Assembly (NCBI GenBank): GCA_964057225.1
Contig: OZ059899.1
Coordinates: forward strand, 12,896,001-12,960,000
Length of the DNA: 64,000 nt
Reading direction: 5' to 3'
DNA from: Auanema rhodensis
Lineage: Eukaryota > Animalia > Nematoda
Positions within the stretch are counted from its first letter, which is position 1. The number at the start of each line of letters is the position of its first letter. The position numbers and the translations under genes were made by a program. The notes below the pieces were generated by a model. The model was not told the origin of the DNA, did not search any database, and worked only from the letters and a program-made list of their open reading frames with translations. Below, piece after piece: positions 12,954-24,428 of this stretch.

Positions 12954-15900
12954 GGAGAGAGAGAGAAACCGAAAAAAATACAAGAGAAAGGTAGAGAGAG
13001 AAGTAGAGGGAAAAGCAAAACAGAACGACAGCATAATGTATAAGTTCAAATCAGAATATATTCATTGAAATGAATAAGAAAAGTTCAAAAATGAATTCTA
13101 AAATGTTTTTATCTAATTCTCATATTTATTATAAAATTTATGTTGCATATGTTGATGAATGTTTCATTTTGAGTTGGAAAAATAAGTCAGATCTTCAAGT
13201 AAAACGGTGTGTATTCGCAGAATTTTTTTCGCTATGATGACACGGAGTTTGGCTGATTGATTAATATCTTCTTGATGAATATTTCATTTGTTTCCTGCTC
13301 TGCGGGTTGATCCAACTCATGATGATCATCTCTGATCATGGAAGAGGAGATAGTGGTATATGTCATTTTGTCTCATTTCCACCTCCCACCCTCTCTTCCT
13401 CTTATATCCTCTACGACCACACTTTGACATTATTTAGTATGCTTTCTCTTACCTCTACTCAACCCGAACATGTTAAGCTCACCTCTACTCTGAATGTCTG
13501 TTCTATTCCAGGTTCAGTCTGGCGTGTGTGTCGACTTCCTCACCTAGTGGTTGCTCCGGACGAGGGTCCCCTAATTCTTCAACCATCTAGTATGCCGTCA
13601 GTTTCATTAGCAACTGTACTGGATAAGCCGATGATACTCTCGCCAACTAGTACAGCTAATGTTCCTGTTTGCAATATTGCTGTGGATCCACGTCTCTACA
13701 AAGGAAGCATCTTCGCAGCTCGCCGTCAAGCAGCGGAAACGGCTCGCAAATTTGAGCAAGAGCAACAGGCTGAATCCAGGTATAGGTTAGTGCCATGCCT
13801 TATTTGTTTACATTTTTTTCTTAAATATAAATACGTTGCTTTTAAAAGTATTTTAAGACATTCTAATTGAAGAAAACATTTTTTTTTGGTAGAATCAGAT
13901 ATAATTTTAGAATTAAAAACCTGAAATTTCTCGTAATTAATCAAATGATTCATTAGTTTTCATTCAAAAATGACTCTAATGTGCACTTTTCCAGAGTTGA
14001 TGTAATTCGAAGTCGATTGGAACAATCACTTCCCCAACTCAATTTAGCTCACCAGCATCAAGCTCCTCATCAAGTTCCTTCGCCTGCACGTTGCTCGCGA
14101 TATCCGAAATGCTACACAACAAACACAACTTCTTCCATAAATATAGGAGTTAATTCAAAAGCTCCGATATGTGCTCGGCGATCATTTTTGCCACCAGCTG
14201 TATCCATAGATAAAGGAATCCGTGTTCGTCATCTTCCACAACTTAAACGAATAGGTTGGTGCTTTACAATGCTCGGCAACTAAGCTGCTGGTTTCATCAA
14301 AACATTATCTTGTTATTCTCTTGTTATTTTCTTTTGTTATGTAGATGTATGCATATCACTTGTTGACAAATGATATCATGCTTCAGCTCTTTGATTAAGC
14401 TTCTTTTCATTATGATATTCCAAACTTTCCATTTTCTTGCTCCATTTTTAGAAAGTTTGTATACAAATCCTTGAAACCATAAAATTGGTTTTTTTTTTTG
14501 AAAAAAAAAATGAAAAGAAAACTCTGAAATCCCAAGAAAACTTTTATTTTGTTTCAAAACAACTTGTATAAAAGGTCTTCTTCTACCAAATTATGGAGAC
14601 GGCCCGAAAAGCAGGTCGGTTAACTAGTATCCTAAAGCTTATTAAATATTTCCGACTCAAAGCTTTCCGGCTTATTTCCGTTTCACCTAATGTTCATATA
14701 CGGCTTCTATTATGAGATCTCTCTTTCTCTCTTTCACTCACTCTCTCTCTATATATATTTCCCTCTCTATAGGTAGCAAAGACAGGATAAAATTTAAGGA
14801 AGATGAAGAAGAATATTTGAAAATATTCATGTTTAGTAATCACGCAATGCCCTCCCTTCAGCAAAGTTTTCTACCTGCCCATATTCAACTTTCAAGTTTT
14901 TTGCTGATAAAAACTGAGAGCACGTGGAGAATACGCAATAAAGTATAAAAAATATATTATTTCTATTTTGCATGAATACTTTAGTAAAATTCTAAAAATT
15001 GTTAGGAAAAAGAAAAAAAAAAGAATCGGAATATATTTTCAAAGAAAAAAATTAGAAACAAAAACATTTATTAAGAAAAAATGATAAGATCATTCCAAGT
15101 GTAATAGCCATATGTACGTCAATTGGACGAGAAAATTAGTTGTTTCTATGGTTTCAGATCAGAATTAACTATAATTATTTTTTTCTTTCAGAAAGTAATC
15201 GTTCGAAGCATGTTCGAATTCGTGATTCACCTCCATCAGTCTTACCAACTCCTCCTCCGTCAGCTCGGATACAGTACCTGATTGTTGACACATCAGTTCA
15301 AACCGATGATGTGAGTTCAATTTGTTTATGATAATGTGGTTATACCTCAGCATGCTGATAGCTGAGAATGATGTAGCAAAACAGAATCTAAATTTCTCTT
15401 TAAATGAAAGAAAGACCATCACTAATATAGCTTTTCGTAGGTTCACAGCTCATATATCTTTGAGTTCTTCTTCACTTTATCATATTTCTATCATTTTTAC
15501 GGATATTAGAAGCTCTTTATCAATATCCGGATCTGTTTCGCTGATAGATTTTCTTTTTAGTTTCTCAGTAGTCCTTGCAATAAGGAAATCAAGCATATTC
15601 CCTATTAGCAGAGGGCCACATCCAATATGAGCATGTGAAGCACCACTTTATTAGATAAACGTTTTTTATTTAACGACCAAAAACTTGCTCTTTTTATCAT
15701 TTCTGTCATATTTAAGCTGAAACTTCCTTAAACATCAGCTGATTCTTCATATTTTTCAATTCTATAAACAACTTTTTCACAATGCACTACTTTTAAAATG
15801 TCAGAAATCAACTAATTTAGTTCGATATATGTTGAAGTCTGACGTAAAACTGATAAAGCATGGAGTCTAAAATTGCTATTCATAATATGATGTCAAATAT

Positions 15901-16782
15901 ATTTTTAGACCTTCGAAGTCGAAGCTTGTTTGCTTGCCCGAAAATTGGCGTCATCTGCTATTCTCCAGGCTATCGAGAACTTACATTACGAGAATAGGGT
16001 TTTAGGTTTGTTGATATCTTCTGTTTTTAAATTTTCCAGTTTAGTAAATGAAAAATATGCTTTGAACGTAAGATATTTTAAAAATTTGCTTGTTCAGAAT
16101 TAAAAATTAAAGCTGAAGACGCTATGATTCTGCTGGAAAATGAAAGGCTAAACAAATCAGAAAATGAAAGGAAATTGGAAGAGAAACTCATAGCAAAGGT
16201 TTCACTTCTTCATAACAGAACAACGTTTTTATCTACATTTTCTAGGAGCAAGAATTGGAAGCTTGTGCCAAGCGGAGTGAACAAGTTATTCTTAGTAAGG
16301 AATTGGCTGTTAAAACATGTAAAGAGGTAATGACCTCATGATTGCTTTGGTTTCAATCTATTCCAAGTTCAGGTTACAAATTCGTCGCTATCGAAGGTAG
16401 AAAAGCTAGAGAAAATGAATCCCAAGACGAAATCAGTCGGCATCGAAACTCGTCAAATGAATAGAACTCAACGAAAAATTGATTTAATGACTATAGGTAA
16501 TATTTGTGGTATCCCTATCAATCATATTCAACAACTTGTAGAGCTTGAAAAAGATTTCTTCCCTTGGCTATTTGCTCAAGCAGATGAAATATGTAGACAA
16601 CAATTAGCCATTACTGGATTAGAAAACGGTACGATTTTCTTTATATAATAGAAAGTATTAAATACTTCGTACCAACTTTAAATCCTTTTTTTGATATAAT
16701 TAATCTTTTTTTTTCAGCCGCATCCAAGAAAGAGTATACGAGACGGAAGCGTAAATCCTATTCAAATGTAAAATCATACTAA
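11904..16782 (+). CDS. Divergent radial spoke protein 3 (RSPH3)-like / putative AKAP, about 510 aa
   Basis: Nine phase-consistent exons: 11904-12195, 13512-13779, 13995-14254, 15192-15310, 15909-16005, 16098-16198, 16246-16326, 16373-16628, 16718-16782. Colinear RSP3-like motifs: CNIAVDPRLYKGSIFA, PTPPP..SVQTD, FEVEACLLARKLASSAILQAIE, a coiled coil, ELEKDFFPWLFAQAD. The gene structure is solid; the family call is by eye. Confidence 0.65.
12797..12812 (+). repeat. G16 homopolymer (G-quadruplex-capable)
   Basis: Direct inspection, preceded by GGGGTT. Confidence 0.9.
12914..12966. repeat. (AG)n microsatellite
   Basis: Direct inspection. Confidence 0.9.
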
Positions 16783-17154
16783 ACTATAGTGATTTTGTTG
16801 TGATTTCACATTGGTTACGGGTACCCACAATGTTCGAACAAATAATAAAATATTATTATTATTATTATTATTTTACAATAATATGTAAACATGACAGCAG
16901 CAGCACTGCTTTACATACTTAAAATATTCTAATCTCACGTGTGACGTATGACGTGTTGTATATGTATATAATGCCTTCATTTACAATTTTCATTAAACAG
17001 AGAGGTTTTGCATTTGAGCACATTTCATTTAAGAAATTATTATTATTTTAAATAGCTTTCACAAGATAAATGTATTTTTATTTTCAAATAATTATTACAG
17101 ATAGTCTTCATAAAAAAAAGGTTAAATGAAGAATTACATTGGTGAACTCATGTA

Positions 17155-20100
17155 TCAAGATGTTTCATCGACGTTGTACGAATTGAGAGGTGATTGATTA
17201 GTTTGATCGGCAACAATATTTTCTCTTGTTTTTGAAATAACAGGCGTTGCAGGGGTCTCCATTTCAATCTTTATATACATAACATCATCCTGAAAAGGAA
17301 AATAAGAAACATTAATAATTTAATGTACACCCGAATGTAATGATCAAGTTGTTCCAAACTTATAAAAGCTTGAGCTCCAAATGCAGCGTTTCGCTCACTA
17401 ATAGGGCGATCCAGAAAATGTCCCTTCGAGTTCATTATGCAACGAGGATCAAAAGAATAGGTGAAGTCCGTTCTATTCTCATAATCGTCACTCTATCAAG
17501 TGAAATCATATGGGTTTGCTGATACAATTACAAAAAAACCTGATCCAAAAGAGTAACCTTGATAATCATATTGAATGGCCATACCAAAATTCCATCGAAT
17601 TCTCCTCTTAACAGGCAAACATAAACTGACATGAACTTAGCACGACCCAAATCATTTCACTTATAATTGATAATTTAATTTAAAAATACTTGGTCCATCT
17701 CCGTACAAACAAGCACTTGCTATCATTTTATATCCATATCTGCCAGAGACGAAAGGATTTGAGTAAATTATTGGCCGGGCACCACTCTAGAAAATTAGCT
17801 TTAGTTGATCCTTATGAGCAGATCAACATACTTTTGCTTCATTCATCAGATTATTAACTTCATCTATTCTCCATATCATTTGTGGTCCATACAATGCTTC
17901 ACATAAGTAGCTCTAGGTGTACAAAGTCACTGTTTGGCAGGAAAAATCAATTAACTTACCCGATTTTCCAATTCTTTAGCTTGATCAAGAACGGTTACCA
18001 AATTATCGAGTAAGTATGCATATCCTTCCTGGAATATTTCTTGGTATTTTCAGTTAATATGCCAAAACAAAACCTTTACTAAAGCGGTCTCATCGCACAA
18101 AATCATCAGATGTCTGATTGGCTCATCTACCAGATGGTTTTGAACTGCCAACTTATCTCCATTGAAAGTACATCCAAAATCAGCAAATGGACAAACATCG
18201 TTGGCATTTGGACAAGATTTTCGATGAAGATCAATCTTCAATATATATTTTTAATTGAAAAATTGAATCAAATAAAACCTCTTCCCGTGTTTGATTCTGA
18301 ATTCCACAATTGAACGGACAACTTAGCAAAACTTTTTTGCATATCTAAATCAATTCTAAACTTATCAAAACGTTTCTTATAAGATTATAACTACCTTCAA
18401 GTGCCGATTCATATCTGTAGCACGTAGACGAGAACCACAAAATTCACATTTTTCAATTATCGATGAGCAAGACTTAATATGATCTTGAATGAGAATCATC
18501 GGGAATTTGCGACAACAGTTCGTGCATGTTTCCACTCGGTAATTACAGCTTTTGATATGAGTCTGGAGTTGAAAATATTAGAAAACCGAAGAAGAAGCGA
18601 ACAGACTTCCAATTGATTAAGAGTTCCTTTCCATTCACACCCATGATCACTAAAACTGCAAATAACTCCAAGTTGTTGAATCTGAATGCCGAGAAGATCG
18701 ATATATTACTTGTCAACATGTTATTTTCCAAAGTATTTTGAACTTTATATTTGATTATAAATGAAAAAATGAGAAAAATAGAGTAATTAACATTCGCTTT
18801 CTTCTCGTATATATGTAAAAGTACCTCTAAATTTCAAAAAAAAAACGACCGGTTATCTCTGTCACATTTTTTTGAATGAATTTTATTTCTTTCCTAATTT
18901 TACGTCTACTCGGTCGGTTGTAGTCATACGAACTCATTAATTTTCTGATGTCAAAACGACAAGTTGGAGCATTTCTTGATAGGTTATTAGGAGGTGACTG
19001 GTAACTTTGTTGCATTTATTAGAAAAAAAAATTGTAGTTAACGATGTTCGTAGACGAAGTCTCACTTACACAATAAGGGAAGAGGAAATTGTTAATATAA
19101 TTAAGAAATGCACAGCAGTTGTTATGAATCAGCCAGTAATGTTAGAGATAGATCCTCCACTTAAGGTAAATTTTTAAATTTGGAACTGCTTAAAAGATTT
19201 CTGAATTCAAGATATGTGGTGATATTCATGGTCAATTTGCTGATTTGCTACGAATCTTTAACAGATGTGGCTTTCCTCCCGATACTAACTACTTATTCCT
19301 AGGAGATTATGTAGACAGAGGTCGACAACAGTTGGAAGTAAGTATATTCAAGAAGGTTTCTGAGAAATAAACTTATTTCAAGGTTATTTGCCTTTTAATG
19401 GCTTATAAAGTACTTTACCCAGAAACGTTTTTTATTTTGCGGGGTAATCATGAATGCAGCTCTATTAATCGAACTTACGGATTTTATGAAGAATGCAAAC
19501 GGAGGTATTCCGTGAAGTTGTATAACGCTTTTCAAGTTGATATTTTTCGTTTTATTCAATAACAGCAAGCTTTTCAGAATTTATTTAATTGCCTACCATT
19601 ATGCGCGATTGTTGGACAGAAAATTTTTGCCATGCATGGAGGTCTATCACCCGCATTACGTGGATGGACTCAACTAACTGATTCTATAATCAAACGTCCT
19701 CTAGATCCCCCTAGAAGAAGTTTGGTAACTGTAAGATACTTTGATTTGACATATCTACATGCATTTCTCTAGGATTTGCTATGGTCCGATCCCGATCCAG
19801 CTGTTCGTGGATGGGAGAGAAGCAGTCGGGGTATATCGTATGTTTTCGGTGCAGATGTGGTCAAAAAATTTTGCTTAGAGATGGGTATTGACCTAATAGT
19901 ACGGTAAGTAAGTAATAGGTTTCAAAATATTTTCTCATTTTCAGTGCCCATCAAGTTGTTCAAGATGGATATGAATTTTTCGCAAATCGACGTCTGGTAA
20001 CCATATTCTCAGCACCTAAGTAACATCGTGTATAAACAATGACATCAAAAAATGATTCTTTTAGATACTGTGGAGAGTTCGATAACAATGCTGCAGTAAT

Positions 20101-20661
20101 GAATGTTGATGAGCATTTGGTGTGAAGTTTTCTTTGTGTTTAAATATGTCATTCAATGTTTTAGGTCTGCTCATTTGAGACATTGAAACCGCGTGATAAA
20201 GATCCTAAAGTTGTTGCAAAGCAAAGATCAGAGCCCCCCCACAATGATCAAAATGCATCACTCTCTTCAAATTCAGAATCTAGCCAACTATGACCGTTTA
20301 CTAATCAATCATAATAACTAATTACCTGACGATGTTTTTCTCTATCGACCACAAGTTTTGAGTCGCTAATGTCGACAGAGCAAACAGTACAAATTGTGTA
20401 GCTGAAAGAAGGGACCATAGTTTGGTCATGAATTAATATTTTTCATACCCTTCTAAACAATTTTTACAATAATAATGGCCGCAAGTTGCTTTCACCGGTG
20501 AACGTAAAGCCTTAACAAAAACTTCAAGATATGTCAAACCCACATCCTACCTGTTGGCATACGAGGCATGTGTGTTCAAATGGTAGACCATCTAGGAATA
20601 TAATGGAAACTGGTTTATCAGAAAGTTTTGGTGTAACAGTTGAGGAATCCTCGGAACTCAT
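17155..20661 (-). CDS. TNF receptor-associated factor (RING, TRAF zinc fingers, MATH); trf-1/trf-2-like
   Basis: [32 protein letters not shown] fingers [12 protein letters not shown] and [21 protein letters not shown]...[15 protein letters not shown]...[14 protein letters not shown]...[11 protein letters not shown]. Confidence 0.92.
18948..20293 (+). CDS. PP1-family Ser/Thr phosphatase catalytic subunit (divergent, like the nematode-expanded class), nested in a TRAF intron
   Basis: Motifs [58 protein letters not shown] across short canonical introns. [15 protein letters not shown] start, TGA at 20291-20293. Confidence 0.93.
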
Positions 20662-20939
20662 TTGTCGTTCGCTTCCTTGTGCTCAGAGCAGAGTGGATGC
20701 AAGAATTTATACATAGTTATTCGTTCATTAAAGGTTACCAAGTAACGATATATAAAAACTGGAACGAGATTCTCGGGTAACTAGGTAATAACAGTTGAAA
20801 TTTAAAAAAAAAGAAAAATAGAACAACTATACCAAAAAATTCTGTAAATATTCTCGATGAATTAGAAGATCGGATCAAAATAAAAAAAATATTTAATAAA
20901 AAACAATAACAAGTAACAGTAGCAATAAAACAACAAATT

Positions 20940-23833
20940 CTATATTTTCTGCAAAACTTCTTTAGCTTCAGAAATTGCTTGCTTAACTTCTTCTATCGCA
21001 TCATCACCATGTTGCTTCTCAGCTGCAGTTATCAAAGGTTTCAAGGCAAGTCGTATTCTTCCCTTGGCTTGTCGTTCAGCTTCTTCTGTACCTTTCCTAC
21101 TGGCATATACCAATCTTTCTTTAGCGAGAAGGGTTGCAGCATTCAAGGTATCGACACAAGTTATTGTAGTTTTGAACCAATCCTGAAGAAATGAACTTCT
21201 TCTATTATGCTAACAAAGAAACGAACTGGTTTGTTGCTGCCACTCAGAACAGCTCGTTCCAAAAGTTGGATATATTTTTCAAACTCAGTGTCGTTGTCAT
21301 CAGTTGGTTTCTTCAATCGAGCGTACAAACTCCAGACGTTACTCGACAGAGTCTGAGTACTGGTTATTCTGGCAAACAGTTTAATCAAATCATCCTTAAT
21401 AGACTTGATACTATTCTTCTCTTCTTCGGGTATATCAGGCTAAATATATAATTTATAGTTAACGTTTTGAAAGTTATAATACTTGAGCATCTCTACGTAT
21501 GACTTCATTAGCCAAAATTTCCAAAACCTCATTGTCGTCTTGACGCTTATTGAGATCTAATAAACGATGGAATGATTGAATCGCCTAGAACAAGAGCATA
21601 ACTTTCACAACTGATGTACTTCAGCGTACTAACCGCGTTGAATTCACCAGTATCAACACAAAGTAACATGTAATTCTCCCATACATTAGGATGTTCATAA
21701 TTAAATTTCAAAGCTTCTTGCAAAATTCGTCTAGCTCTCTCCTTCTGTCCCTGTCTGATATAGGCAGCGCTCAAATTACTCCAAGCCTCAAAATGTTCAG
21801 GCTCGAGACTGACACAACGATGGTAGCACGTGGCAGCTTCGATATACTTTTCAATTTTCCAAGCACAGTAACCAGCATTAAACCAAACACCCAGCTTCAA
21901 ATACGAGAACATTATAATATTAAATAAAAAAATACTTACTTGAATAGGTTGAAGTTCCAAAGATCTACGCAAATGTTCATAAGCGGACTCATATTGTTTT
22001 CGAATAAGGTGAAGCATTCCCAGAGACTTACGAGCCTTGGCATTCCGATCAGAAGAAATCTTAATAACGCCCTAGTAAAAAGAAAAACTTTTTTTAAAAA
22101 TATAAAACCTCGATAGCTTTTTCATAATATGAAACTTCTTCTGTAATATCACCAAGATAAACATAAAGCATTGAATCAAGAGGTCTTTCTTCCAATAATC
22201 GTCTAATCAGTGATTCGGCTTTTTCCAATTGCCCCAAACTCTTAAAACACTCAATAACACCATCCCACATCTCCAAGGATTCCAAAATCAGAAGAGCTTC
22301 CTGTAAGCATATAGTGAAGAAGAGCATTACTGCAATACCATACAGAAGTACATCCAAGTGATCGTAAAATCTCAGTTTGAACCACTTGAGCGTGCCAGAC
22401 AGGGTTAAGCCCAGCAGCTAAAACCATATCATTACGATTCCTTCTGAGAGACATTTCAGTCTAAGAAGAGAAGTAACAGATGATTAATTATAAACAAGTG
22501 CAACCTGATCATCAATTCCCCTCATAAGCTTGGAGAGAATTTCTGCTTGACTACAAGCTCTTTCTACTTTTCTTTTATTTTTCTTTTCAAGATTGGAACG
22601 GAGTAATAAAGCGGAGACTTGTACAGCCCAACATCTTTGAGCAGAAGTGATCTATACAACCAAAATATTTTCATGTTTTCATAACTCATACTCACCGTTT
22701 CCAGGAAAGCTCCTGCTTTCTCTCTGAGAACATCATCATGGAACTGAGTCTTCATTTCATACTGGCACATAATCAACAACAAGGACAGGTGAAGTGGATT
22801 TAAATATTCAACTTCCTCTTTCACTTCGAAAGCAACCTTAAGCAGAACTTGATAAACACATGAATCATCTATTTACCTTTTCCAGTAATGTGTCATCGTT
22901 CATAGCACAGTTAACAGGAACATCGGTATCAGGTACAGGAGTGGTTGAGCCAGTTCCCTTCTAGAAAAGAAACAGAATTAGCATATCTTCCTTATTGAAC
23001 TTACAGCATGGACCATAAGCTGCGAAACAGCTTTCTGTTGATATCTGGTGCGTTTTCCTAGTTTTCCAACCAAATCAACAGTCAGACCACAAACTTCAAG
23101 AGCATCACTAAACAATAAAACTTTAATATTTCTCTAAAATATTTTATTTTAATACTCTATAGATTTCTGACAACTCTCATAATTGAAGTATTGCAGGTAC
23201 AAATTAGCACATTCCACATAGAATTTTGTTTTCTCATCCGAATTATATTCAGTTAAATCAATTTGGGAAATCTAAATTTCATGAAAATCAAGATAGGGGA
23301 GGTATTACTTACAATATCTTCAAGCAATTTTTTTACTTCAGAACTTGGTTCAACCAGTACTCTTTGCCATATATTCAAGATTCTTAAAACAATTAACTTT
23401 GAATTTAATAGATATTGTATTACCTGAAAGCTAATGATTGAAATGATTTTTCACAAACAGATAAACGATCAATAACAGCAACTTTGCAAATATATAATAA
23501 AGGTGTAGCTCTAAAATAAAATGAAACATTTTAATTTAATATAGTTTAATTTATTTAAAACGGACCTAGTTTTAACAAAAGGAGTATTCAGGCCAAAAGA
23601 TAGTTCATTATTAGCAAATTCAGGGGTTACAAAGGCTGGAAGTTGAATTGGAAGACCTAAGATACAAGATTATCTCTCTCTCTAAAGCTTGCGAACACAC
23701 CTTCAAAACCTGTGAAATTGGCACCAATAAAACTATCTAAACAATCAGTAACAAAAGATTTAACAACTGAAGATGAACTGGATTCAATCTTCTGAATAAG
23801 GTCTGCAGGAGAGGCACAACTTGATATGTCCAT
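20940..23833 (-). CDS. trd-1: Tetratricopeptide repeat protein 27 homolog (TTC27)
   Basis: TPR exons (WFNAGYCAWK...EAWSNLSAAYIRQGQKERARRILQEALKFNYEHPNVWENY), FIGANFTG, GKLGKRTRYQ; adjacent to tbp-1 as in C. elegans. Confidence 0.88.
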
Positions 23834-24428
23834 GTCTACTAAATTTGCTACGTCTTCATATTGCAGAAAAGACTTAATCAATAAAATCGAAAAAAACGAC
23901 TATTTCTACAAAATAAAATTAATTATAAATTAACAAATTTTATTTATGTGAATCGCAGCATATAATATTAGTTTTAGAAACTTCAAAATATTACTGGAAG
24001 GCATGATGTACTTGGATATAAAATAAACAGCGATCCCTACACAGTAAAAACTAACTTCTGGAACGTCTATATATATATACTTATATATCAAGGGCAAGCT
24101 TTTATTTATAGAGAAAAATGAAAATGTATATGCATTTTTGTAACAAAGATATATATTTATATATAGATAGAAAGAAATATAGATATTTATATATATATAT
24201 AGATAGATAAATAGAGAGAGGACGTAAAAACTAAGAAGTTGGATCTGTCTATTCTTGCCTGGAACTCAAATTAACCCGTTAACAATTGCAAATTAGTGGA
24301 AATGACAATGTAGAAACAATATGATTTTCTTCACACCTCCAGGAGAGGGAAAAGGTTAAAACAAGAAATGATTTTAAAAATAAACTTAATAAATACACAA
24401 CAAAACAACGTATTCTTCTAGTACCTTA

